Under the pieces are notes generated by a model. The model ran no database searches, was not told the origin of the DNA, and saw only the letters and a list, made by a program, of their open reading frames with translations. Below, piece by piece: positions 11,770 to 26,009 of a stretch of 64,000 nt of DNA. Position numbers and translations under genes: made by a program. Each line of letters begins with the position of its first letter. Positions within the stretch are counted from its first letter, which is position 1. Origin of the DNA: the human T2T-CHM13v2.0 reference genome, Homo sapiens; NCBI RefSeq assembly GCF_009914755.1, contig NC_060936.1; one strand, given 5' to 3'.

Positions 11770-14700
11770 CAGTTTTTCTTTTTAAAGCTTTGTTTACAAT
11801 GCTTTTTTTCATGAAAAAATTTGATTTTTTAAATGACAAAATGTATTAATATCAACTTATGACTTTGGAATTTTGAGTCGTAAAAGTTTAGACAAAACTT
11901 CTTAACTCAAGATTTATAATGAAAACTTCCAAGTTTTCTTCTTCTTATTTTATTGTTGCACTTAAAAACATTTCCATCTGTGATATATTTGGAATTTATT
12001 ACAGCAAATGAGGAAAGACATGGATATTACTTCACTTATCCCTAGACCATTTATTCACTAGTCCTACTTTTTCCCAGTGATCAGAGATGGTGTCTTTTTT
12101 ATACATTTAATTCCTGAATTATCTGGGTACACTTCTGGGCTTTCTATTTGGCTAATGAACCAGTATGATACTGTATTTAGGCTTTTAAAACTATTTTTAT
12201 AACCTTTAGTACTAGTCCCTCTTCTATGTTTATTTTTCTTATTAAATTTAGCATCAGGTGATGTAGCTTACTACTGTAGGATTTTCACTGAGATTATGTT
12301 CAATTAAAAATTAATTTAAGGAGAATGGGCACATTCACAATATTGAGTGTTCATAACCAATAACATGGTCTTTCTATTTGTAGAAAGACTATTTTGTGGC
12401 CTTCAGTAGTATTTTAAGTTTCATTTTTAATAGAACTTACATTTTCTTGATAACGTTTATGTATTTTTTTCTTTGCTATTATATATGGAATCATTTCATT
12501 AAATACTCTGACGTTTGATGATATGAAAACTACTGATTTTTGTACATTGATTTTGTGCTTGATTATTTTACTGAATTCTATTACTATTTGTAGTAGTTAC
12601 TAGTAAAACTTCTGGAATCTTTCAATTATACTACCATGTAATCTACAATTAGGGAAACTTTTATTCATAGGTTCATTTACATAAAATATAAAATAAATAA
12701 ATAAATATATACATATATATATCTGTAATCTCTTTCTCTTGGGTAATTGTGTTGACTAGTAGCTCTAGCACAATGTTAAATATTAGTAGTATTAGTGAAT
12801 ATTAGCCATAAAAGTCTGATGGCTTTGAATGGAAAAAGATAATTTAATCATGATCACATAGCCTCTGTCTACACTATTTCAGTAAATATTTTCTTTATTG
12901 TTTTATTTATTTATTGTATCAGAAAAACGTGATGAATTTTCTCCAATGCTTTTTCAGCACTTAAGGACAGATCTTATGGTGTTTTCTTTAGATCTGTCAA
13001 TATGATGAACTACATTAATAGAGTTTCTAATATGAACAGTTAGGACTCCATTTGGTGATAATATTGTGGTGGTTGTTTTTAATGAGCTCCTGAATTCAGT
13101 TTGCTAATACATTATTTAGAATATTTACATTATTATTTATAGTATGATTAGTCTCTAGTTAGTGTGATCAAATACTATTATTTACATGATTATACTTTTT
13201 AGAATTTATGAAAGATTTTAATTGGGCCAGTCTTTGAAAGGATGGTGTATTCTTTATTTTCAGGTTATAGGGTTTATAATATATTAATCATTTGTATTAT
13301 ATCAATTCTGATACTTAAGTCATTCTAGCCTTATTTACTTTTTGTCCACCTGATAAGTTGTGTACCAGACAGATGAACCAAAGTCTCCCAAGATTAATGT
13401 GATTGTATTTACTTCTCCTTATACCTCCTGTAATTTTTGCTCTATGAATGTCATTTCCATATTATTTGGTGCTAATTTAATCATTATATCTTCACTATGA
13501 ATTGCACACTTTGGCATTATCAAGTACTATTCTTTGTTTTATTTAATACTATTTGTTCTGAATTTCACACGGTCTGGCATAAAGATTGACTTCTGCTTTA
13601 TATTATTGTTTTTGTTTTGTAGATACATGACCATCCTTTTATTTTCAGCCCTTGTGAATCACTTTATCTTAGATTTTCCTTTGTGTTTGGCATACAGTTG
13701 GGTTTTGCTTCATGATTCAATGTGTAAATGTTTTCCTTTAGATAGGTAAATCAAGGCAACTTGCATTTACTGGTATGACAGAAATATTGGTCTTTGTTCT
13801 GTTATATTAATTCATACTATGTTTCTGGTTTATAACTTTTAAAACATCTGTTACTACATGGTCTGTTTGCTTTGCCTGCTTATTGTATTTAGCATGGAGT
13901 TTTCCTGGTATTTGGGGAGGTTTACATTTTTATTTTAGTATTTTTATAATTATGTCTTTATATAATACCGTTATTCCTAATCTTCAGATATTATCCATTA
14001 GTTTCCTTTTATGAACAATGATAAAGGTGGTTTGTTTACTATTCTTTCCTCATTTCTCTTTCTTTCCCCAATTTTAGTTAATTATCTTTCTTATTGTTTT
14101 CTAAAGTTATAATGATTATAAGTCAGTTTTAAATAATAGCATTTGACTCCTGGCTATTGCAGACGAAAGAGCTTTCCATTCTACTCACATTTTTCTCCAA
14201 TTTTTTATAAGTTGAGTTCTCCTTGTCAGGCACATAAAATTTACACTGTATTTCTTCATCATAAACTGCACTTTGCATTAGTCTTAATTGTACAGTTACA
14301 TATTTTCAATAATCACTAACAGTCATTTTGCCATAGCTTCCCTAGTTGTTTATTGATTGGCAAAAGTTTTTCTTCAAGTAGTTTCCTTGAGAAGTGTCCA
14401 TGAGAACAGTATTCCACAAATTATTGTGTATTTAAAATCATCTGTAATTTTTATTCCTGAGGAACAGTTTGGCTGGGTATAGAATTCTTGATTCACCCTT
14501 TCTTCAGAGAATATTTTGTAAACATTGCTTTTGTTTCTGGTATTGATAATTGCTGTGAAAAAACCTGATTCCAATATGATTTCCTTTCTTTATAAGTAAC
14601 TTGACATTTTTGCCTAGTTGTCTAATTCTTTATTGTAAGCATTAAGTAATTTTATTAGTATATGACTACTGATTATTTTGGGTCAGTTTTTTTCTGTCCT

Positions 14701-14878
14701 AGCACAGTGTATCTTTGTGATACAGAAATTCAAATCTATATTTTAAGAAAATTTTCTTAAATTGTAACTTTAAATATTCGTTTGTTAAAATGTTGTATTT
14801 TCCTTTTTGGGTACTCCCTGTATGCAAATATTGGATCTTCTTTGTCAGTTTTTCAGTTCTGTTTTTTGTCGAATACTT

Positions 14879-15175
<297 letters not shown>

Positions 15176-15389
15176 TGTCAAATACTTCTTTGATCTTTAT
15201 TCCTATTCATTTTGTTTGCTTTCTTATCTGTACATCTCTTACTATACTTTTTGCTATGTCTGTTCTACTTGCTAAGTGCAATTTTATATTAATTTCTGTT
15301 TGATTTAAACATTCTACTTCCTTCCTAACTGTAGCAACATGAGTGGAACTGGTGGAGAAGGAGTCAGGCATGCAGAAAGGTGGTACGGT

Positions 15390-16660
15390 GGTACCAGGAA
15401 ACAGAATGGTAGAAGATGAGTTTGAAGAGTCAGGCAGGAGCTAGATCATGTAAGCCTTATGTCATGGAAGGAGTTTGAACTCTCTTCCAAGTGTGATGGA
15501 GAGTCACTGAAAGTTGTTAAGCAAAAGAATGACTCCATCTGATGTGTTGATATGATTACTCTGACTTTTGTGTAGAGAATAGATTGTACGGAGGTGACAG
15601 TAGAAGGAAGATCTATTAGGAAGCTACTAAAGTAATCCCAGTGGCTTGGCCATATTAGTGGTGGAAGAGTTGGTGAGAAATGATCAGATAACAATTTTTC
15701 TTTTCTTTCTTATGCCATGAGTTACAGCAAATTAACCTATATTTGTTTAAATTTGCATGTGTATTTATGAGTACCTTTTCATCAGAAATGTATGTTGCCT
15801 GTTCAGATATAATTTATTCATTTAGCTAACATTTATTGATGACTTAGCACCAGCATAGTTCTAGGAAGTAACAATACAGTGATAAATAAAAACAGATGCA
15901 GTCCCTGCCTTTAAGAACCTGTATTTCAACAGATGAAAATAACAATAAGATAATAAAACAGTTAATATTAAGTAATTACATATTCAGGTAATGTTCAGAA
16001 CTCTTTCCACATGATATCTCATTTATTCATCACAACCCTGTGAGGCTGATATTATTATAACCTTTATCTTACAGGTGAAGATATTGAGGATAATAGTGGT
16101 TAAGTACTTGTCCAAGTTCCCATAGCTAGCAAATGGTGGGGCCAGATTTTAGTCTAGATTAAGAAAGTGAGCAAATACATCAGGACTATAATGAAACATA
16201 GTAGAGAAAATGCGGTAATCAGGAAAAACCTTTCTGACCAGGTACAGTTGAGCCAAGACCTAGTACATGTATGAGAGCCATCCACACAAGAGCTGGGGAA
16301 AAGCATTTCCAGAAAGAGCTAATAATAAGCATGAAGATTTGAGACCAGAATAAACTTGATAAGTGAGGAACAGAAAGGAGGTTTGGATGGTTGGAGGGTG
16401 GGCAAGAGGGAAAATGGTACAAGACAAGACTAGAGATCCAGCAATGGACTGTAAAGGTGTGATGAAATGGGAGAGAAGACCAGTTAGGAGGCTATTGCAG
16501 GAGTCCATCTAGGAGACCATGGCTTGGATTAGACGGTGGCAGTGGAGGTACACAGAAGTGGATGGATGGTTTTGAAATAAGTTCTAGAGGTTAAATTAAC
16601 AGTACTTGCTAATGGACCTGATAAGGTGATTAAGAGAAAGGAAGTAGTCAAAGATAATTC
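15390..16660 (-). mobile_element. L2 fragments with an embedded MIR (about 15990-16150)
   Basis: L2-like agatcatgtaagcctt...gatggagagtcactgaaag, the L2 3' end atttattcatttagctaacatttattga, and MIR atctcatttattcatcacaaccctgtgagg. Confidence 0.6.
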
Positions 16661-18649
16661 ATAGTGGAAATGTGTAAGAATATCTGAACATAAACCTATA
16701 GCATGATTTTAAGTCAAAAGAATTCAGCATTTAACGTTTGGATTAATATGGTGGGAATGAACGTGGAGTCAGATCAGGATTAATGAAAGACACAAAAAAC
16801 TTGGATTCCTTGTTCTCATGAAGTTTACAAAATGATGGTAGATTACATTTTCTATTATGCTGTAATACCTAGGTATAATTTTCCCTCATTTTTCAGATGG
16901 TGTCCTGAGGCATAGAATGCATAAATGATTTGTCCAATGTCATATGAAATGATAGGGCCTAGATTCTAATGTTTATATTTATTCCATTACTTCATGTTGA
17001 TTATGCAATATCCAGATATGGACCTAGATAGCTATCCATATACATTGATGTAGATAATCTAGGAAATTGAAACTTTACCTATCGGGGTGCTTTTGAATTT
17101 TTTCTTTGTTCACTCCTGTTTAATTAAAATTGATATTTAAATTTGGCATTTGCAATTACAGGATGCTGATAACAACATTCTCAATTAGGACTGAAGAAGT
17201 GTGTCTAACACTCTGGAAAACACACCTCCTAACCGCCAAAGTGCCTGAGTTTATGTAAAATAGAGAGATTTTCTTCGCTGTCAGGTTTTCTGCCTCTCAC
17301 TTCACTCCCACAGCTGTGTTTGAATATTCAGAAGCAAGGTTGGAGGGAGGAGTCAATTATTTTGGGTGGGCGACTATACCTGAGCTTTTTATTCAGTGGT
17401 GAGGGCAAAACACCGTGTAAGTAAAAACAGAGATTTCTGAAATGTTTGAGTTACTATTCTGAAACTTCCAATAGAAAATACACTTATAATGAATTATCTT
17501 AAATTAAATTTTAATAGCCTCTAAATTGTATATAAAGTACTAGCACAGAAGCAGTCTTCTGTGCAGATAAACATCATTAGTGTGTAAGTAGGGAAACTTC
17601 TCTGACTTCTATTTCCCTCTGGGTTTTCTAACATCTCTGTGGATTCTTTAATGCCTAATGCAAATGCCAAATATGCTTTTCTTCTGGACTCCCCTAGTGG
17701 GCCCCCTGTGTTAATAGCTAGCTTTTGACTTGTCACTCCTGAGAAAAAACAAAAGTGCTAGTTCTTTGCTGAGGTGAAACCTTACTGCCATCTGCACACG
17801 CTCATTCTGGCAGTTCCTCGTGATCCTTCAGCTCACAGGAAATCCTTAGAGGAATGAAAAGGACAGGCCCACCCCCACAGCAGAGCAAGTTCCCAGCTTA
17901 GTCACATCAGTGGGATGAAGGCTGACACGGTGTATTGACAGGTCAGTTTAATACCCAAGTGCTCCTGCAAACTGGCGCATGGCTGCTTGGAAGCCTGGCA
18001 TGCCCCCAGATGGCAAGGAATTTTGGCTCCTCAACTTGTTCTTCTGCTTGGAGTGGAAGGTTCCCTCTATCCACTCAACCCTTCTGGATTAAGCAAAGCA
18101 TTTGAGGGGGTTGGGGGAGAACGCAGAGACTTCCCTTGACCACCTGGATTCTGAAAGGGCCATTACAGGAACGTGGTCCTGTGGTCAGCGCACTTTTACC
18201 ACCACGCCAGTCTAAATGACCACACCCTGAGTGGGCTGGTCCCAGAGCAGCTGTTTAGACTGCTTGTGTGGTCATACCAACCCTCAATAAGAGACAGCCT
18301 GCCAAACCCCAGGAAACTTGGAGTTTAGGTCAGCTTAATGCTTTCCCATTAGGCCCTGGGAAGGAAGAAGGTGTAGAGTGACAGGCATTCAGGGCGGCCA
18401 GTGTAACTCTGGTTCAGACATTTTCTGTTTTTGCTGGATTGGTTTTCTGAACAACTGCTTTCTATTTTTGTTTCAAATCTGTTTTATCTTCAAGACAAAA
18501 TAGGGTATATTACGTAAATAAATAAAACCTTTCCACTGAAGAAAGTCTACAAATACATTAACACATCTTGATTTTCACATATAGTTCATGTAGAGTGCCC
18601 TACAGTAGTCCAGCACCTGTTTTCAAGTTGGAAATTCTCATTTCGAGAA

Positions 18650-18900
18650 TTGAGAGCTCAGAGCATGATCTTTTGGTATCAGACAGACCCATGCACTTGA
18701 TGCTTGCTGTGCCTCTTACGCTGTGATCTTGGGGGAATTAGTGAATTTCTTGAAGCCTTAGTTTTCTCATCTGGAGAATGGATGCAATTATTATACAGTA
18801 CTAGGCACACTGAATTGTTGAGGGACTAATTGAGGTCATGCATATAAAATACTTAACATGGTGCCAGGCGCATAAAAGGCTGTAAGTAAATGCCAGCAGT
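18650..18900 (+). mobile_element. MIR SINE
   Basis: tcagacagacc...ctgtgatcttggg...gccttagttttctcatctggagaatgg...gttgagggactaattgag. Confidence 0.75.
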
Positions 18901-21900
18901 GATGTTGTTATTGAAGCTGCTAACACCAGTGCTACACTGAGTTTTTACCCATTTGTATAAGTTGAAAACCATTGAGAGAGCACAGACTATTCAATGATTG
19001 AGCCTATAAGATTTTGGTCATTAGGCCAATTTAAAAAAGGGAAAAATATATAATGATCAATGAATATGTAATGTTCTTCATAGACCCATTTATAATGCTG
19101 CAAATGGATTCAAGGTACTTTTTTGGTAAAATACTCAAAAGTATGAAAATTACTTTTCTTTTCAGGCCCACCTTAAGTTCTTTTCAGGCCCAAATCAGTT
19201 GCGTTGTGTGTGGGTGGGGGGGTGGAGGTATGTTTTGCTTTACTGATATTGTGAACTTCTTTTCCTTGTAGTTTATTTAGACTGATGACTCTGAAGAAGA
19301 GGTATGCTGCATATAAATATGTGGTTCTCACACATGGGTAGAATAGTGTACGACTGTCACATGATTGCAGTTTTCAGGATGATTTTATTGTCAATAACAA
19401 GGAGTGCCTTCTCACTGTGCCACAATGAGCACTGTTGAAATTTAAGAGGAATTTATAGAATAACAATTAATTTTTATATTGGTTAGGGAAAAATCTACTT
19501 GGTGCTTGAAAATTTAAGGTCATGATAATTTATTGCATCTTATGATATCAAGTTGACCACTTACTAAACTTTTTACTAGAAACAAATCCTTTATATCTTT
19601 TTTGGTATTTCTGTAGATAACATACTTTTTTGAATCCTCTGTGAACATTCAGAATTAGAAATGTAGCCAAAAGACTGAAAAACTGGCATTGAAAAAGTAG
19701 CTTCTTTGGAAATGGAATAAAAGCAAAGTTATCCATATCAACCTTGGTACCTCACTTTGCAGGAGCTGATAAAATTCTCTTTCCTTTGGCTGCAATTTAT
19801 CTCTTGCTAGTTGTACAATACCAGATTGGTATCTTTGCTCTCTAAGAAACCCTATCTTGGTTCCCAAGTGCTTTATTGGTACGGATCTATTCTGACTTTG
19901 GCATATTGCCAACCAGTTTGACATATTCAAGAGTCTGAGTGAAAATATTCTAGGAACATTGGGAGATGTTTTAATTGCCTAAGATCCACTAGTAGGCATT
20001 TCAGAATGTCTCCTAGCTTTTGATTACTGACCAAATCAGGAATTAATGATCTGCCATTTTCCACATTATTACTTACAAATTAAGAATTGACATTTTATGC
20101 TAATATATTCCTGATAAACTTTGCCAGTTATTTTTCTTTCTAACAAATCAAAAATACATTTTCAATTAAATAATGACTTGAAGATGGGAACTACCAACCC
20201 ACAGACCTAGGTAGCTGGGGTTTGTCTTTGTTGCTGTTATTCAGAGGCAAAAAGACTTGTTAGGGTGTTTGTTGAGAAGGATGTAACTATGACACTTTTG
20301 GCTCAGTCTACCATTACAATTACTAATGAGAGTTTTGGGGCTTGGGGAGCAAGCCTAAGATTGTCCTTAAGTAACAGGACAAGAAGCCTTCAAATGGTGG
20401 TGTTGGGGGTCAGAGTTGAGGATATAAAAATAATTCAGCACAAATTATATTTTATGATCTTCCTTGTTGCCTTTCCTTGCCTGAAATTTTGTAAAGATGA
20501 TATCAGATTTAACTGAACTTTAAGGCAGCCTAAAGGGGGGGAAGATAAATTACATATATGAATGAATATGACCAGCCTTTCCTTCATACTCCCAGAGCTT
20601 CTTAAAAAAAAACCATGTGCTTCACTGTAACATATTTCACTTTACAATTGGGCATGTTTACATTTAAAAAATTGTAAATTCAAGAGGGTAGAGCATGGCC
20701 TCATTTGTTTTTGCCTCCCATCTATGCCCAGGAGGGGTTTGTTGACTGTGTAGGAGTTAAGGGGGCAGTACCATACCTTTACCTTGGTCATGGTAGAAGT
20801 TATAGGATTATGATCACGTTCTCCATATAAAAATACCCACCACATATCTGCAACCCCTCTCTCCTATTCATCAGGCATTGCTTCCTCAACTCCCTTCTCC
20901 ACATGTATCAGGGCATTTTGCATCCTCGAATGTGTTGTTTCACATGTATTCATCCACATTTGCCATATTTTAGTGGAGCAGACACCAAGATTTAGGGCAA
21001 GGGTTGAAACTTACGGCTTGTATAAGATAAACTGTAATAGGACAATTAATATGTTCCAGACAAGATAAAGGAAAATCAGCTTTGCCAAAGATTGATTGAT
21101 AAAGCAAGTAAGAGAGGAGATCCAGTTAGAGAAACATAGAAACAGAAAAACCCTAAGATATAGAGAAGCAAAGGCAGAAATGGAGACACATTCGTGTGCG
21201 TGCATGTGCACATGGACACACACACACTCACACCAGCATTCTATGCCAGAGCTGAATCTTCATGAGCATTTTCCTTAACTTAGCCTCTTCATGTTTACTT
21301 TTTACGCTAGCCTTTAAAAATTGAGATATCTGACTTATGCTCTTTTTGCAGGAATGTTTTTAAAGATTATTTATTTAAAAAATAAAGACCTGCAAAACAC
21401 TGAGAGATCCTCATAGACAGTAATCATATCTGTCACATATAAAGCATGTACTTATATTTATTATTATAAGTGTTATCTATAATAAGTGTTATATATTCTA
21501 AGTTTTTTATAAGTTTATAGATCGTGTATGGGAGGAAAACATCTAGAAAGAGTCTGGTCACTTCTATGTCAAATAAGCAACCACCAGCTGCTGGATAAAC
21601 TGCTTTTTTATTCTTTTAGGCTCCTTCCAACCCCAGCTATTTCCTCTGACCCTTTCTTTTTAAATTTTTTTTTTAAATGACGGAAGTGAGGGTAGGAGGA
21701 GGCCAGATCAAAAAAGGAAAAAGTTCTTTTCATGATATAGACTTACAAGTAATACATCTTTTTATAAAACTGTTTATTTAAGGATAAAAGGGCTCATGGA
21801 CATCTATGAAATGTAAATCTCGCATAAATGAATAAACAATGACATGTGGCTGCTCTGGCCAGGCGTATCATCATATGTAATGGAAAAAGAAATCCTATTG

Positions 21901-22340
21901 TTTGGAAATAGGTCTTTATATGTGATTTTAAAGATTTAACAAGTACTTATTCATAGGAAGGAAATGTTAGAATTCATTTTAGAAATTTTATTTTAATCAA
22001 ATTTATAATTGATCACTTTTTGTCATATTAAAACACAAATATTTGATTGGAAAAAAGGAACATGTGACCAAATACACAAACAGCAGTAAATCCTGTAATG
22101 CAAACACTAATAAAACTATTACTACATATTTAATCTTTCCTAGGTAATTGCCAAATAATCTTCATTTTAAATGCTTTAAGACTGTCATTCTGTAAATCAG
22201 ACTCTCTCCAACTCTAATTTGAAGTGATCCTTCTACTGCTATCAAGGAGTAACAGTTTCTAAATGTCCTCTTCAAACATTTGGTGAAGGAGAAGCAAGTT
22301 TCTATGTGTGTTACTTAGAAGTGGTAAGAAAACTCAACTG

Positions 22341-22487
22341 CAGCACTTAGGGAAGCAGAGGCAGGCAGATCACTTGAGGTCAGGAGTTCGAGAACCCGGG
22401 AGGCGGAGGTTGCAGTGAGTAGAGATCGCACCACTGCACTCCAGCCTACGCGACAGAGCAAGACTCTGTCTCAGAAAAAGAAAAGAA
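22341..22487 (+). mobile_element. Monomer-length chimeric Alu (left-arm 5' part fused to right-arm 3' part)
   Basis: ...gaggtcaggagttcgaga|acccgggaggcggaggttgcagtgag... Perfect 15-bp TSD aagaaaactcaactg at 22326-22340 and 22488-22502. Confidence 0.9.
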
Positions 22488-24489
22488 AAGAAAACTCAAC
22501 TGGAATGGATTGAAATATAACTTATAATTGATTATGGTTTTTAAAGTGAATGAAAATAAGTCAAATTAGGGATTTTCCTAAGAGTTACAAAGCAATTACT
22601 GATATTAGGATATAACCTTGGAAGTCAGTCCAGTTTCAACTTGACTCTCTCTCACTGCATCATCTTTATTACTGATCAGTTAATAGTTAATTCACATTAA
22701 TAATCCTGGGAAGGAAGCACTGAAGTGTCTTCCACCCTCACACACTTACACACACACTCACACTTACTGAAAGTCATTGGTTCAAATATATACAGTGCAG
22801 TACTCTTCAATTTAAGGTCCAGAAGTTGTTAAGTTTGAAAAGTACTGCACTATTCTAAGACTATAAAAGAGTGTTAAAAGGAAAAACAGTGGCTTTTGTA
22901 ATTAGAAAGGCTTTATGAACAAGGATATTTAAATAAAAAATTCCGGATATATGTAAATGTACCAGGACATGCCCTCTACAAGCATTGAGGTTTTTCTGGT
23001 TTCAATTCAAACTTCTGATTTACAAAGTAAGATATAAGCAGAAGTAGTAGCAGTATCAAGAGCTGTCACTTTTGGGGGGCTTACTACTTAATCTTCCTTG
23101 TACAAATTCCATGTAATTTTCACATTATGCCTGTGAATTTAGGGTTATTAATCTGATTTTATAGATAGAGTCATGAATCCAAAAAGGAGCAGAGCCGAAT
23201 TTGAACTAAGCTCTACTTCACTCAAAGTCAGTGTTTGGTTTCAGAATTGTGTCTCTAAAACAGCACAGGCAGTTATGCCCTATTTACTGGAATATTTGTG
23301 TTTTAGCCAAGTTTGCTATAAAGTACACTTTTTTCTGAAAGCAGAACTCCATTTTGCCAATGGTTTATATTATACAATCTGAGACTGTTTACCAGTATAC
23401 AAATTTTATAAGGGCTGGGACATGTGTGTTTTTTTCATTGCAGACACAGTACCTGGCAGATAGGGGGTATTTAATAAATACCCATTGACTGAATTAAGTG
23501 GGGTAAAAATTATCTTGTAGATAATAGAAGCATGCTTAAGGGTTCAGAAAAAACTTAGCATGCATTTTAGGTTAAAGAGAAAATTTCTAATGAAAGCAAT
23601 ATTACTCAAATATGGTTACATGTTCAAAATATTAGTAAAATTTGACCGATTCTCCAAATTCTAGGAGATACAGTGAATTTTTGACCAGTTTTAAGTTCTG
23701 TTACATTAATTTTGACTCAATGTTATATACTCATGCTACATGCAGTTTGGTAATAATTTATTCATATCCATGTTAAGTACTCATATTTTTCCAAACATGA
23801 ACTTCTCTATTTTTTTTATTTCTTATTCTAGCAGACATAAGAAAAAAAAATGAAAGGGAATAAAAGCAGAACACAGGGTGTGTGACAATCACTTCTTTTG
23901 TTCACACTAGTGAGAGAATCTTTCTATTCCTTAAAGTTAATCAAGCAGCAAGTATTTATTAAACACCCAAAGAGTGAAGTACACAAGGCTATTGAATAGC
24001 AGTAATCTTTAGGATTATCTTGTGTCAGCGCTTATTTTCCATGTTACTCATAAACGGAGAAATGTATTTATGATGGCTTTCCAAAGAGCTGATTAAAATG
24101 CTTAACACGATTCACCTTTTATTTAAAGATAAAATAATTGAATGGGGAATTCATGAAGAGCTCTTCTCAAATTTATATTATATAAGTGATGAGTATGCTG
24201 ATTTTTACTCTCAGAACGAAAATAAATAAGAAATTATTAAAGAATCCCTTCCTTTAAAAATCAGATTACTATGTAAATTTTATATCATTTGTTTATGTGG
24301 TCAGAAATTTTGGGGAAATCCTTCAAACTATTTATCTGTAGCACAAACTAGAATCTGTCTTTTGCAGATTCTTATTGTGCACTAACTTATTAAAAGATTT
24401 GGGAAAATCCACTGTAAGGAAACTTGTTTATCTTTGTTGACCACAGTTTTCAATCTTGGTTGATGATGAGGTCTCCTGTCACCCAACAC

Positions 24490-25196
24490 CTATGAACGTA
24501 TTTGGGAGTGGGATACTCTGGCTGTACTCAGAAGAGCCATGGGGGTGGAGTTCCCTAGAGTCTTGGGGACAAATCCTCACAGGATGTCCTGCTAGGAACA
24601 TGACCAGCAGAGTCATGGGAGTGGGGAATCTTATTGTTGAAGATCTCTGAGATCTTAAAACGGTAGAGCCTCCAGAATGCTGTTTCAGCCTGGCAGAGCT
24701 GAAGGCATTTGACTCAAACATATGCGAGCTATTGCATAGGCTGCACTCGGAAGAGCCATGGGGGTGGAGTCCCCTAGAGTCTTGGGGACACAAGCCTCAC
24801 AGGATGTGGTCAAAGAAGGTTGTTTTCAGGCCTCAAGATTTAATGTTATTTGCCTGTTGGGTGTTAGACTTACTTGGGACCTATTACCCGTTTCTTCTTT
24901 CTTACTTCTCCCTTCAGAGATGGAAATAATATCTGTTTTGTACCTGTCCTACCATTATATTTTGGAATCATAGAACTTGTTTGATTTCATAGGTTCACAG
25001 CTTGAGAACAATTTATCTCAGGATGAGTCATACCTTGAATCTCACCTATATATGATTTAGGTGATATTTAGATTAGATGTTAGACTTAGACTTAAAGTTT
25101 ATGCTGGAATGAGTTAAGACTTTTGGGGCTATTAGGATAGAATGAATTTATTTTTTATGTGAGAATAACATGAATTTTGGGGGATGAGGGGCAGCA
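24490..25196 (+). mobile_element. MaLR internal-region (MST-int-like) 3' fragment
   Basis: agagccatgggggtggag motifs and the MaLR internal 3' end gagttaagacttttggggct...catgaattttgggggatgaggggcagca, which abuts an LTR. Confidence 0.7.
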
Positions 25197-25494
25197 TGCT
25201 ATAGTTTGAGTATTTGTGTCACCTCCAAAATTCAGTTTGAAAGTTAATCTCCAATGCAACAATCTTAAGGGGTGAGGCCATTAGTAGGTGATTAGGTCAT
25301 GAGGGCTCTGCCACGTGAGAACAGGGTTCAAAGTGCCATTTTGGAAGCAGAGACCAGGCCCTCACCAGACACTGAACCTGTCAGTGCCTTGATTTTAGAC
25401 TTTCCAGGCTGTGGGTCCATGAAAAAAAATTATGTTCCTTATAGATTACCCAATATCAGACATTTTGTTATGGCAGCACCAACAGACTAAGAGA
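25197..25494 (+). mobile_element. MST-family LTR (3' LTR of the adjacent internal fragment)
   Basis: tgctatagtttgag...ggtgattaggtcatgagggctctgcc...ggccctcaccagacactgaacctg...ttttgttatggcagcacc..cagactaaga. Confidence 0.85.
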
Positions 25495-26009
25495 GAAATG
25501 AAGTCAGGAAAAACCACTGACATATTAGAACATGGCAGAGGGAAGGACCGGCAAGTTATCGTAAGCACCTTAGAATTTGCCATTTAAAGAGATGGTAGAT
25601 GTCCACCATCCTGCCCTTGTGCAGTGGGGATATAGGATGCAAAGGAGGATGAACCTCAGCTCCCTACTCATTTAGACTTGCTCATCTGATAAATAGGAGA
25701 CTACTTCACTTAATGGCTTTCTTCTTCTGGAATGCTGCTGGAGTCAAACAAGAGTGATCAGCACATATTTTTTGACAATTCTTTTTCCACCATGCCCTAG
25801 ATGAGTATCCCACTCCCAAATATGTTCATAGGTGTTGGGTGAAAGGAGGTTCCATCATCAACCAAGACTGAAAACAGTGGTCAACAAAGATAAACAAGTT
25901 TCCTTCCAGTGGATTTTCCCAGATCTTTTAATAAGTTAGTGCACAATAAGAATTTGCAAGAGAGATAAAGTTTGAAGCATTTCCTCAAAATTTCTGACCA
26001 CAGTCTCTG

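Noticed and set aside
11002-11785. Five overlapping ORFs of 65-126 aa
   Set aside because: All lie in SVA SINE-R/VNTR sequence, where such frames are routine.
24456-24973. ORFs with repeated SEEPWGWS / CPQDSR motifs
   Set aside because: Products of the 68-bp direct repeat in a decayed MaLR internal region. No recognisable protein.
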